NCBI GenBank assembly: GCA_017524525.1
Contig: JAFXVM010000001.1
Span: forward strand, 7,256-71,255
DNA: 64,000 nt
Direction: 5' to 3'
Origin: Alphaproteobacteria bacterium
Lineage (GTDB): Bacteria > Pseudomonadota > Alphaproteobacteria > Rs-D84
Within the stretch, counting starts at the first letter, position 1, and every line of letters begins with the position of its first letter. This document shows positions 17,395 through 26,275 of the stretch, piece after piece. The position numbers and the translations under genes are program-made. The notes beneath the pieces were generated by a model. The model saw only the letters and a list, made by a program, of their open reading frames with translations. It was not told where the DNA came from and ran no database searches.

Positions 17395-18213
17395 ATGAGA
17401 AAAAATACAAATAAAAAAGTTGCTTTGTTTGCAGGCGCATTATCGTTGCCTTTCTTGACACGCGATGCGTTACGCAAACATGGATGGGACGTTTTTGTTA
17501 TCGGGCTTAAAAACTTTTATGACCCAAAATTAAATCCAGATTTAGTTATTCGGCTGGGCGCAGGTGGAACTGCGGCACGCGAATGCAAGAAACGCGGTAT
17601 ATCTAAACTTGTATTCGTCGGGGCTTTGGGACATATAAATTTAAGTGATATTCGACCTGATTTATGGTCTATATCTGTATTGTTAAGCGTTTTAAAACAT
17701 CAAAAAGGGTATGATTCTATGGCTGTTGCATTTAACAAAGCGTTGGAAAAACGCGGATACGAAATCGTTGCTGCCCAAGATTTGGCACCAGAATTAACTT
17801 TCGAAAAAAGCGGCATTCAAACCAAGGTTAAACCGTCTAAATCTGATTTAAAAGATATAGAACGCGCAATAAAAGTATCTCATACAATTGGTGTTGAAGA
17901 TATTGGTGCGTCTGTGGTTGTGGATAAACAAGTCATCGCAGTAGAAGCCGCCGAAGGCACCGCCCGCATGCTGGAACGCGTTGTTGAAATGCGCAAAAAC
18001 AAACGCAAATGCGGTGGTGTATTTGCAAAAATGACCAAGCCAGGTCAAGATTTACGCATAGACATTCCTGCGATTGGGGTTGATACTATTCGCGCGGTTG
18101 CTGCCGCAAAATTACACGGGATTATCGTTAATTCTAAAACTTGCTTTGTAATTGATAAAAAGGCTGTGTTGGATGCCGCAAACAAAGCAAAAATATTTAT
18201 CAAAGCGATATAA
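17395..18213 (+). CDS. lpxI: UDP-2,3-diacylglucosamine pyrophosphatase LpxI (DUF1009)
   Basis: 272 aa. Two-domain LpxI-like pattern: ALFAGALSLP..., DIGASVVVDKQVIAVEAAEGT, and FAKMTKPGQDLRIDIPAIG. Confidence 0.7.
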   Translation: MRKNTNKKVALFAGALSLPFLTRDALRKHGWDVFVIGLKNFYDPKLNPDLVIRLGAGGTAARECKKRGISKLVFVGALGHINLSDIRPDLWSISVLLSVLKHQKGYDSMAVAFNKALEKRGYEIVAAQDLAPELTFEKSGIQTKVKPSKSDLKDIERAIKVSHTIGVEDIGASVVVDKQVIAVEAAEGTARMLERVVEMRKNKRKCGGVFAKMTKPGQDLRIDIPAIGVDTIRAVAAAKLHGIIVNSKTCFVIDKKAVLDAANKAKIFIKAI

Positions 18214-18240
18214 AAAAACCGCCAAAACGGCGGTTTTTTT
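18212..18240. terminator. Bidirectional intrinsic terminator
   Basis: A-run, CCGCCAAAACGGCGG, T-run. Lies between convergent genes. Confidence 0.7.
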
Positions 18241-18254
18241 ATACAAAGTATTCT

Positions 18255-18578
18255 TTATTTTTTGATTTCTTTGACTGTCACTTTGAATACTGCTTCTTTG
18301 CCAGCCAAGTTTGCTGCTTGGTAATCTTCTGGGAAAGTAATTTTTACTTCGCGAGTTTCACCAACTTTAGCACCAACCAATTGGTCTTCGAAACCTGGGA
18401 TAAATGTGCCACTGCCTAATTTTAATGGGTAATTAGAAGCAGTACCGCCCGCAAATTGTTCTTCGCCCATAAAGCCAGCAAAATCAATAACGACTGTGTT
18501 GCCATTTTTTGCACCACTGTCACAACCTGCCACCATAACTGCACCGCAAATTGCCATTAAACCCATAAGTTTTTTCAT
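18255..18578 (-). CDS. Lipoprotein consisting of a trigger-factor-type FKBP PPIase domain
   Basis: 107 aa. Lipobox [13 protein letters not shown]. The rest ([17 protein letters not shown]...[20 protein letters not shown]...[26 protein letters not shown]) matches the Tig PPIase domain pattern. Confidence 0.65.
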   Translation of the reverse strand: MKKLMGLMAICGAVMVAGCDSGAKNGNTVVIDFAGFMGEEQFAGGTASNYPLKLGSGTFIPGFEDQLVGAKVGETREVKITFPEDYQAANLAGKEAVFKVTVKEIKK

Positions 18579-18601
18579 TTTGTACTCCTTTGTTAGTTTG
18601 G

Positions 18602-19147
18602 TTATTTTTTATTATAAACGCATCTAAACCCGTATTCGCGCATTGTAACACCTTCGGATTCAACACGATAATCAAAGAAAGATGTTGGACGCATTACATC
18701 AAACGAAGGTTGATCATAAACAATCACAACGCTTTCCGCATTTCGACCACACACACGTTTCATTTCGTAATCCGCAACACGCGCCAACACAGTTTTTATA
18801 TCTGCATCAACGTCAGTTCCGTCTGCGTTTTGCATCAAGCGTAAACGCATTTCACGAACGTCTGTATCGCCCAATAAGATTTCCACACGAATCATTGTAC
18901 CTTTGTATTCTTGCCATCTGGTTTCTTTGCGTGCGGTATTCCATTTCTTTGCAGCCGCTTCGCGTTCAGCCATTGTTCGTGGCTGATACGAATCGATTTC
19001 AGCATATTCGTTTTCATCCGTTATGTATTCCGCGGTTCTTTCGGTGTAAACTTCGCCACCGTTTTCCCCATAAAATCCGCCATTATCCGAAGCACACCCG
19101 GTCATCAGCAACCCAGCGCACAAAAAGTAAAATATAGATTTTTTCAT
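18602..19147 (-). CDS. Hypothetical lipoprotein
   Basis: 181 aa from ATG 19147. Lipobox [11 protein letters not shown]. No family recognised. Confidence 0.45.
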   Translation of the reverse strand: MKKSIFYFLCAGLLMTGCASDNGGFYGENGGEVYTERTAEYITDENEYAEIDSYQPRTMAEREAAAKKWNTARKETRWQEYKGTMIRVEILLGDTDVREMRLRLMQNADGTDVDADIKTVLARVADYEMKRVCGRNAESVVIVYDQPSFDVMRPTSFFDYRVESEGVTMREYGFRCVYNKK

Positions 19148-19229
19148 TTCTTTTTCTCTTTGGTTCGAAATCATTCTAGCAAATAAAATTTTTTGATTCA
19201 AGACTCGATTTATGATAAAATCATAAATA

Positions 19230-20189
19230 ATGACAAATGTAGTTCTGGAATCTTTATTAAAACCTTTGGAAGAATTTTATTCGCCTTCGTTCGTGGAAGA
19301 AATCGCAATAAACCACGCTGGCGAAGTTTGGATGCGCCTTAATGGTGGCAAAGTTCCATGGGTTTCTTATAACAGCGAAATTTTATCTAAGCAGTATTTG
19401 GTTGATTTGATTCATACTGTTGCGAATATTTATGAAAGACCGTTTGACCCAGTGCATGGAATACCTGTGGTGTATGCTACACTGCCTGGGAATCATCGTT
19501 TTTCTGCCATAGCAGGACCAAATGTTCAATATGATGAACGTGATATAACTGGCGGGGTCGCGCTTAATATACGTGGTGGCGGGGTCAAGGAAACTAATTT
19601 TGAAAACTATCATTTGGAACGTGGCAAGAAACTGTTAAAGGTTAAACCACGCGAATCGGTTCGACCAGACGACCCATACGAAAGATTAATGTCTGCAATT
19701 AATGACGGCAGTCCTATTTTAATATCAGGCGCCACATCTACAGGTAAAACAACTTTTCTTAATCACATGTTGACTTTGATTGACCAAAACAGTCGCGTAA
19801 TTACTGTCGAAGATGCACGTGAAATCCGCGTACCACAAAAAAATCGTGTTCATTTTGTGCTGTCAAGAACAGAACAATCTAATGATTTTAATTATGCTAG
19901 ATTGCTTGACTTGGTTGTTCGTATGACACCTGATGTAATTATTGGTGGTGAAATTTCTACTGATAATGCGGGCGTGTTGTGGGAAATGTTGGGAACGGGT
20001 CACGACCATTTCTATACCACTATTCATGCTGAAAATGCAGAGGCTGCATACGCCGCATTCGCAGATCGTATATTACATACGCAACCTGCATATGACAGGG
20101 CTGATTTAATGGCAGAAATGAAAAAGAAAATCCGTGTTGTGCAATTATCCCGCGAAGGCACTTTGCGCGCCGTTACAGAAGTCGTGTAA
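19230..20189 (+). CDS. virB11: VirB11/TrbB-family type IV secretion ATPase
   Basis: 319 aa. Walker A ISGATSTGKTTFLN, then RVITVEDAREI, IIGGEI, and the His-box-like HDHFYTTIHA. Confidence 0.8.
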   Translation: MTNVVLESLLKPLEEFYSPSFVEEIAINHAGEVWMRLNGGKVPWVSYNSEILSKQYLVDLIHTVANIYERPFDPVHGIPVVYATLPGNHRFSAIAGPNVQYDERDITGGVALNIRGGGVKETNFENYHLERGKKLLKVKPRESVRPDDPYERLMSAINDGSPILISGATSTGKTTFLNHMLTLIDQNSRVITVEDAREIRVPQKNRVHFVLSRTEQSNDFNYARLLDLVVRMTPDVIIGGEISTDNAGVLWEMLGTGHDHFYTTIHAENAEAAYAAFADRILHTQPAYDRADLMAEMKKKIRVVQLSREGTLRAVTEVV

Positions 20190-20214
20190 AAGATTCAATT
20201 GAAAAGGAAATAAA

Positions 20215-20655
20215 ATGCATGATGAATTAGAAAAGAAAATTTATGAAATAATAAACAATCTGGATGACGAACTATTGCAGGCTCACGCAATTGATAAAAA
20301 CAATAACGCACTTGACGTAAATGCCTTTAATCGTATCTTGGATAAAAAAATAAAAGAATTACATGCTCTTGAACCTTTGGTCGCTGACGAAATGGGGATT
20401 GTGACGGATAGATACGGCGCAAAAATTTTGTTCCATCACATTTCCGTGTTGCAAGACAAGAAAGATAGAAACACAGCAAACACGGCTGATTATCTATACG
20501 ACCATAAAAAAATAACAGCAGTCAAAAAAACTACAGACACAGCAAAAGAGCTCCCATTAACACAAACAGAACACGTATCAAAACTATCAAAAATTTCTCT
20601 TTTTATAAAGAAAGCTTTTCAAAAAATTGTATCTAACGAGGGACATTCTATATAA
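20215..20655 (+). CDS. Hypothetical protein, tandem paralog A
   Basis: 146 aa. The N-terminal ~80 aa are clearly similar to the next ORF (LxQAHAIDxNNN...ELxALExLVAxEMGIVTDxYG). Confidence 0.5.
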   Translation: MHDELEKKIYEIINNLDDELLQAHAIDKNNNALDVNAFNRILDKKIKELHALEPLVADEMGIVTDRYGAKILFHHISVLQDKKDRNTANTADYLYDHKKITAVKKTTDTAKELPLTQTEHVSKLSKISLFIKKAFQKIVSNEGHSI

Positions 20656-20707
20656 TTATACAATTTTCAATAAAAAATAACAAAACCAAAACAAAAAGGA
20701 GAACCAA

Positions 20708-21124
20708 ATGTCAGATGTTTTATTAACAAAAATTCATGAGATTGTAGATAATTTGAAAACCGAATTGCGGCAAGCACATGCAATCGATACGAACAATAAT
20801 GTAATCAATTCAGAAATTTTTAATCGTATTTTGAAGCAAAAAATGACAGAGTTAAACGCACTCGAATCTCTGGTCGCTAACGAAATGGGAATAGTTACAG
20901 ATAAATACGGTTCACAAATTTTATTTAACACAATAACATTGCTGAACGATATGATAGAATATCAAAGTTTGACACCGGACGATGTACGTGCAGAATACCA
21001 TGCAGACATGCAAAAAAAACATGATGTCCCTTCAAGCACACCTAATCCTTTGCCTTTTAAAAAAGGGATTCTTAAGCTTTTTAAAAATTTTCAGCGTAAA
21101 ACCCCAGACACTTCTCGTGGGTAG
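20708..21124 (+). CDS. Hypothetical protein, tandem paralog B
   Basis: 138 aa. AAGGAGAA RBS. Paralog of 20215-20655 with a divergent C-terminus. Confidence 0.5.
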   Translation: MSDVLLTKIHEIVDNLKTELRQAHAIDTNNNVINSEIFNRILKQKMTELNALESLVANEMGIVTDKYGSQILFNTITLLNDMIEYQSLTPDDVRAEYHADMQKKHDVPSSTPNPLPFKKGILKLFKNFQRKTPDTSRG

Positions 21125-21182
21125 AGAGTTTTTCAAACTTATCAATTTATCAATCTAGAGGCCCCTCAGGAGTCTCTTTTTT

Positions 21183-22424
21183 TTATAAACGACCAAGGTT
21201 TCCAATAAATATATCGCTTTCTGTGCCTGTGATTGTCACATCACAGATTGTTTTTTCTTTGATTGGGGTGCCGACTATTTTTATATCTATGTCATCTGGG
21301 GTACGACCAATATTATTTTGTTCCACCAAGACAGAAACCGTTTTCCCGATTTGTTTTTGCATAAACTTTTCACGATTTTGATTTGCGATTTCTATAATCT
21401 GTTGAACGCGTTGTTTTGAAATATTACGCGGAACCTGATTTGGCATAGTCGCAGCGACTGTGTTTGGTCGCGGCGAATACGGAAACGCATGAACGTGTAC
21501 CAAATTCATATCGCGTACCATTTGCAATGTTTCTTGGAATAAATCTTCGGTTTCACCTGGGAAACCACAGATTATATCCGCACTAAACGAAACTGTGCCA
21601 TTTGCAAATTTTACCAAATCCATCAATTTTTTTGAATCATGACGGCGACGCATAGCGCGCAAAATTGTGTCTGAACCAGACTGCATAGAAAGATGCAAAT
21701 GTGGCATAAATCTTGAATTTTGATTCATCAAAGCGATTATCTTTGGAACTTCGGGTGATGCTGGGTCAACAGACGACAGACGCAAATGTTTTATTTCTGG
21801 GACATCCATCAACAAACTTTGGCACAAATCTGCCAATAAAAAAGGCTTTCCATCACGTTGAATCAGGTAAGACGCCGTATCTACCCCTGTTAAAACTATT
21901 TCATAAAACCCATTTTGAATCGCCGCACGCGCATCTGCCAAAATTTCTTCGTACGGGAAAGATACATTTTTTCCACGCAAAAGACGTGTCACACAATAAG
22001 TACAATCATGATTACAACCATTTTGGACCTGAATAAATTTCTTAGATAGTTTATCTTCGTTGTCTTTGAATTTTTCTATTTTCGAACAAGACAAATCAAA
22101 ATCCGCGCTTTTTAACGCATTTACATACGCTGACAAATTCATTTTTTCAGCATTATCAATAACCAACGCGTGTGGCACAGATTCAAACAAAGCCCTGTTT
22201 CGTGTTGCGCCACAACCTGTCACAAAAATAATCGCATCTGGGTTTTCGCGCGACAGCCGACGCAATGTTTGCGCACATTGACGTTCTGCCTCTGCTGTGA
22301 CAGAACAAGTGTTAATCAATATTGCTGAATCAACCACGCCCGCCAACATGCGAGATATTTTTTCGCATTCCAATGCATTAAGCCGGCAACCGAAAGATAA
22401 TGTTCTTATGTTCTTTTTTTGCAT
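21183..22424 (-). CDS. mtaB: MiaB-like radical-SAM tRNA methylthiotransferase (MtaB type)
   Basis: 413 aa. N-terminal UPF0004 Cys residues, radical SAM motif CNHDCTYC, and a C-terminal TRAM-like region. Confidence 0.75.
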   Translation of the reverse strand: MQKKNIRTLSFGCRLNALECEKISRMLAGVVDSAILINTCSVTAEAERQCAQTLRRLSRENPDAIIFVTGCGATRNRALFESVPHALVIDNAEKMNLSAYVNALKSADFDLSCSKIEKFKDNEDKLSKKFIQVQNGCNHDCTYCVTRLLRGKNVSFPYEEILADARAAIQNGFYEIVLTGVDTASYLIQRDGKPFLLADLCQSLLMDVPEIKHLRLSSVDPASPEVPKIIALMNQNSRFMPHLHLSMQSGSDTILRAMRRRHDSKKLMDLVKFANGTVSFSADIICGFPGETEDLFQETLQMVRDMNLVHVHAFPYSPRPNTVAATMPNQVPRNISKQRVQQIIEIANQNREKFMQKQIGKTVSVLVEQNNIGRTPDDIDIKIVGTPIKEKTICDVTITGTESDIFIGNLGRL

Positions 22425-22497
22425 TTTCTGCTTGATTTTTTAGACTTCTTAATGCATTATATCGTAGTTAAAAACGATTTCAACAAAGGATTTTATT

Positions 22498-22881
22498 ATG
22501 GCACGTGTAACAAATTCTGACACTTTACCTTTTGTAGAAAGCAGATATGAACTGGGAATGCTGGCTTCACAACGCGTTCGCGATTTGAACGGTGGCGCCG
22601 AAGCGGTGGTTGACAAAGAAAACGATAAATTGACTGTCGTTGCTTTGCGCGAAATTGCTAGTGGCAAATTGGATGTGGACCAAGTACGTCATGAATTTGT
22701 AGAATCTTACAAAGATACACCTGCGGTTGTTGATGAAGACGCTGCTTTGGAAATCACCAGCGAAGATCCTATGTTGCGCGAAATTGATGCAGAATTGGAA
22801 AATTCTTTGGTTGACGATACCACAGATGGCGTTGCTGATGCTGGGGACGACACACCAGACGAAGGCGAAACCGAAGAATAA
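22498..22881 (+). CDS. rpoZ: DNA-directed RNA polymerase subunit omega
   Basis: 127 aa. MARVTNSD...[16 protein letters not shown]...[12 protein letters not shown], followed by an acidic tail. Confidence 0.85.
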   Translation: MARVTNSDTLPFVESRYELGMLASQRVRDLNGGAEAVVDKENDKLTVVALREIASGKLDVDQVRHEFVESYKDTPAVVDEDAALEITSEDPMLREIDAELENSLVDDTTDGVADAGDDTPDEGETEE

Positions 22882-22894
22882 TCTAACCAGATTT

Positions 22895-22985
22895 GGAGAC
22901 GTCGCATAGTTGGTCTAGTGCGCCACATTGGAAATGTGGTATACTCGCAAGGGTATCAAGGGTTCGAATCCCTTCGTCTCCGCCA
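22895..22985 (+). tRNA. tRNA-Ser (anticodon GGA)
   Basis: Folded by hand. Acceptor GGAGACG pairs with CGTCTCC. Anticodon stem CCACA/TGTGG with loop TTGGAAA. Long variable arm, T-arm AAGGG-TTCGAAT-CCCTT, and an encoded CCA. Confidence 0.9.
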
Positions 22986-22998
22986 CAAACAACAAAAT

Positions 22999-23019
22999 GT
23001 CCCATCGGGACGTTTTTTT
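22999..23019 (+). terminator. Intrinsic terminator after tRNA-Ser
   Basis: GTCCCATCGGGAC followed by a T-run. Confidence 0.6.
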
Positions 23020-23141
23020 GTTTGTTTCGTCGACTTCAGGATTCGAACACGAAGAAAGGGTTCGACCCGCAGGCGAAAGGCAGACGGAAGTATGCCGGTT
23101 CGCACAGCGAATGAGCCAAGGGGAATGTAGCGTAGCGAAAT

Positions 23142-23188
23142 CAATCCCTTCGTCTCCGCCAGGGATTAAAATCTTAAAAAACCACCAA
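23142..23188 (+). repeat. Copy of the tRNA-Ser 3' end plus 28-nt flank (att-like site)
   Basis: aatcccttcgtctccgcca repeats tRNA positions 22967-22985. The following agggattaaaatcttaaaaaaccaccaa recurs at 26167-26194. Confidence 0.85.
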
Positions 23189-23346
23189 CGGTGGTTTTTT
23201 TGATTTTAACTGGCGGGACGAGGGGATGCGCCAGAGTGCCAAAGGCGCGCATGGCGAATACGCAGATAAACAATTAGAAAAATTTTCAAAAATTGAAGTT
23301 TACAAGATTTTTATAATTTTTATTATTGTTTATCAAGACAGGAATT

Positions 23347-23369
23347 CGTCTCCGCCAGATTAAAATCTT
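23347..23369 (+). repeat. Third, shorter copy of the tRNA-Ser 3' end (att-like)
   Basis: cgtctccgccagattaaaatctt. Confidence 0.75.
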
Positions 23370-23373
23370 GTTT

Positions 23374-23715
23374 TCATTTTTGTTCTTTTAAATAATCACT
23401 ATGCAATTTAGACCATATCATTAAATCATAAAATTTATCGTTCATATACACAGCACATCTGGAAATGCCATCTAATATAAAGCCGGTTCTTTCGGCCAAC
23501 TTTGCTGAATCCTTGTTTTGAGCAACATTCACACGCATTATTTTGTTAACTTTTAATTTGTTAAATGCGATATCTTCTATTGTGCGATAAGATTCTGTTG
23601 CAAAACCACGACCACGAGCATTTGATACCAACCACACAGTATTTAATTTTAATGTAAATGCTTCTTTATAAAAATATATTTTTCGCATACCAATAAACTG
23701 ATTATTATAAAACAT
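23374..23715 (-). pseudogene. GNAT (RimJ/RimL-like) acetyltransferase, probably N-terminally truncated
   Basis: 113 aa containing only the C-terminal part of a GNAT fold (NARGRGFATESY...AERTGFILDG). The ORF abuts the att-like repeat. Confidence 0.5.
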
Positions 23716-23822
23716 ATAATAATGGATTCAAAAGTGGGTTTTGAAAAACATTAAGATATTGTTGTTTTTGGGTTTTTGTGGTATAATTAACTTACTAAAC
23801 AAACTAAACAAAAGGAGAAATA

Positions 23823-24938
23823 ATGTATACTTCTGGTGACTATACTGTGTTTGAATTTAATAATAGAATGGTAAAGAACAGTAAAAAATATGACGCTATA
23901 ACAAGAATACTTGCCGAACATCGATATTATCGCTTTAAACAAGATAAACTTACATTGAACGATTACGAAAAACATCTTAATAACCGTTTTATGCTTCTTG
24001 AGAGTTTGTTGCGTTACTATGAATCGTTAAGTTATTATCGAAAATCGGGGTATTGCCCACAGCCACACACACAATTAATAAAAACAGCCAAAGAAAATAA
24101 AGAATCTTTTACTGAAAATATTGGAGTTAAATTTTATGGTAATGTGCGTAATGATGAAGTCTTTTTTAGGTTGTCAAAATGCTTTTCAGTAGACGACTAT
24201 CTTGAAAAGTCTTATGGTCTTACCGCAGACGATTGTTTCTTGAGTATAAATAATGGTTTTATTCGAGATATTGGCAGGTATGTCACAGAATCTTTTATTT
24301 ATAATATTAGAAGCAAAGAACAATTAAATAATTATATGAATGTGGTCGATTTCTTTAAGGAATATTTTAACATAAATATCTTAGAATCTTTTGATCATAC
24401 AAAATTTCCCAAAGATAATTATCCTCTCTCATTAAGCACAAAGAAAATGTTAGATGACTATATGGAAGTGGTTAATTTCTTTCAAGAAAAATTTGGGACA
24501 AACCTGCCAGAACACAATCTTGGAAGAGATGTACCGTATAATAAATGGATAGAAACACAATTAAATATATTAAATATAACCACAAAAGATATTGATTTAG
24601 CAAACTTTGATTTGAAGAATGCTGAAGATATAAAACACTGCAAAAAGCTTTATCCTTTGGCGGTAAAATACCCAGATTTGTTCTGGAAATGGTATAATCG
24701 TGCAACGGGTAAAATAAAATTTGAACCAACATATGAAAATGGTTTGGAAAAGAAACGTAAAGAAGTTCACGCAAAAATAGAAGACAAAAAAGCAAAAACT
24801 AAAAGCACATTAAAGCGTGTAATTCTTAAATTTGCTGCAAAAGTTGTTGTTCCCGAAAAATTAGGCAAAACGGCCACAAAAATGGAACAAAAAATTGCAG
24901 ATATCGCATATCGTAAAAAGCAAAAAGGTAGAAAATAA
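23823..24938 (+). CDS. Hypothetical island protein with internal duplication
   Basis: 371 aa. AAGGAGAAA RBS. Internal repeat LNNYMNVVDFFKEYFNINI / LDDYMEVVNFFQEKFGTNL. Basic C-terminus. Confidence 0.5.
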   Translation: MYTSGDYTVFEFNNRMVKNSKKYDAITRILAEHRYYRFKQDKLTLNDYEKHLNNRFMLLESLLRYYESLSYYRKSGYCPQPHTQLIKTAKENKESFTENIGVKFYGNVRNDEVFFRLSKCFSVDDYLEKSYGLTADDCFLSINNGFIRDIGRYVTESFIYNIRSKEQLNNYMNVVDFFKEYFNINILESFDHTKFPKDNYPLSLSTKKMLDDYMEVVNFFQEKFGTNLPEHNLGRDVPYNKWIETQLNILNITTKDIDLANFDLKNAEDIKHCKKLYPLAVKYPDLFWKWYNRATGKIKFEPTYENGLEKKRKEVHAKIEDKKAKTKSTLKRVILKFAAKVVVPEKLGKTATKMEQKIADIAYRKKQKGRK

Positions 24939-25026
24939 TATAAAACTCCAAATGGTTGGCAACCAGAACCTGATGATATATCCGATATACTAAAAATATA
25001 CAACTCTGGCAGAAGTGTGCAATAAA

Positions 25027-25058
25027 AACAAAACACCGCCACAATCGTGGCGGTTTTT
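25027..25058. terminator. Bidirectional intrinsic terminator
   Basis: CCGCCACAATCGTGGCGG flanked by A- and T-runs. Lies between convergent genes. Confidence 0.65.
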
Positions 25059-25066
25059 GTCATTGA

Positions 25067-25888
25067 TTAACGTACCATGTGTGCCATATATTTATTGAAA
25101 TATACTTGTTTCACAGCAGTATTTTTTGCAATTTCTTTTTTCTTGTTTTCTTCTGCTGCTTCTTTTTCTATTCTGTTTTTTGCTCTATTTTCAGATTCTT
25201 CCTTACGTGTAAAATACAGCAAATTTAACAATGGTTTTGGAAACAGCCTCTTTTTGTTTTTTATTATCGCTTCGTAAGGAAGTGCTTCTTTGAACCAATC
25301 TCTTTCATACCATCTATACTCCAAATCTCTTAACAAATTATTTGCTGCTTGCAAGCGATAATCTTTATTTCTATCATCAAATATTAACACTTCTCCTGTG
25401 TGTAGATTTTCTATCTTGTAGCGATGGTAATACACAACTCCACAATATTCATCTTCAAATTTTTGACATTCTTTTGATATAACAAAAAAATCTGCTACAT
25501 AATATAAGTTTTTTTCGCTGTTACGGGGTCTCTTGTAGTCCATGTCATAAGACCAGTGGTTTTTTACTAAATACATCAATGCCTTACTTAATGGCATTTT
25601 TTGTAGTTCTTCTTTGCTTTTTATTGATTCTTTTAGTTCCAATAATTCGTCTAATGACATTTCTTCCACTTTGTCTCTAGAGTAGATATAGGTTATTCCC
25701 AGTCTGCATCTTGCTTTTAACTCATAAAACAAGTGAGCAGTAGCCAATCTCTCTTTTTCTCCGGTTACAGTGTTTTCTATAAAGTCATCAGATACTAAAT
25801 AAACCCCCACACGGTAGTGATATGAGTCAACATATTTTATCTGATAAGATCCTCTTATTATATTTTTTTCCACTATTTTTAGTAACAT
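25067..25888 (-). CDS. Hypothetical island protein
   Basis: 273 aa from ATG 25888 (AAGGAT RBS). No family recognised. Lysine/glutamate-rich C-terminus. Confidence 0.45.
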   Translation of the reverse strand: MLLKIVEKNIIRGSYQIKYVDSYHYRVGVYLVSDDFIENTVTGEKERLATAHLFYELKARCRLGITYIYSRDKVEEMSLDELLELKESIKSKEELQKMPLSKALMYLVKNHWSYDMDYKRPRNSEKNLYYVADFFVISKECQKFEDEYCGVVYYHRYKIENLHTGEVLIFDDRNKDYRLQAANNLLRDLEYRWYERDWFKEALPYEAIIKNKKRLFPKPLLNLLYFTRKEESENRAKNRIEKEAAEENKKKEIAKNTAVKQVYFNKYMAHMVR

Positions 25889-26109
25889 TTTTATCCTTTT
25901 TTGTTTTTCTATACCATAAATATAACACAAAATATAATATTGTCAAGTGTAAAGCGACACGATTATGTCGCTTTTTTATGCTTTTATTTCCCTGATATTT
26001 ATAAATAATTCTCTGTTTTTTATTGCAGGGAATTTATGGCTTTTTCCGTAGAAAACCGGGGTATAGTTTTGCTTATTTGTGTTAAAATCTGTTAAAAATG
26101 GCAAAATTT

Positions 26110-26130
26110 CCCTGTAAATACCCTGTAAAT
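26110..26130 (+). repeat. Direct repeat ccctgtaaat x2 (plus related ttccctg/cagggaa copies at about 25991-26035), possible arm-type recombinase sites
   Basis: ccctgtaaat occurs at 26110 and 26121. tttccctg is at about 25989 and cagggaatt at about 26027, all within 170 nt of the att-like repeat. Confidence 0.4.
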
Positions 26131-26160
26131 GCAATATCTGAGACAGTCATTTCTTATAAC

Positions 26161-26194
26161 TCCGCCAGGGATTAAAATCTTAAAAAACCACCAA
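26161..26194 (+). repeat. Distal att-like repeat closing the tRNA-Ser island
   Basis: tccgccagggattaaaatcttaaaaaaccaccaa is identical to 23155-23188. Confidence 0.85.
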
Positions 26195-26275
26195 TGATAC
26201 GTCCCCCTCTTACAAAAATATTGACGACCCGTCTTTTTGTGTTATCTATTATCATACACACAAAAAGGTTGAACA

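Noticed and set aside
22986-23141. GC-rich stretch after tRNA-Ser with ggattcgaac/gggttcgac strings, considered as a second tRNA or a two-piece tmRNA (ssrA)
   Set aside because: I could not fold a cloverleaf or a T-arm plus acceptor. No plausible tag reading frame ends in a hydrophobic AA tail. It is best explained as att-site and tRNA-fragment debris.
22893-23203. Several 60-91-aa ORFs on both strands overlapping tRNA-Ser and its repeats
   Set aside because: They overlap a well-folded tRNA and repeat debris and have no RBS. They are spurious.
26221-26252. Third copy of the shared promoter block upstream of the DUF3419-like gene (TTGACG ... tttttgtgtt)
   Set aside because: Only the T-run/GTGT part is similar. 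The spacing to any acceptable -10 element is poor, so it is too weak to call.
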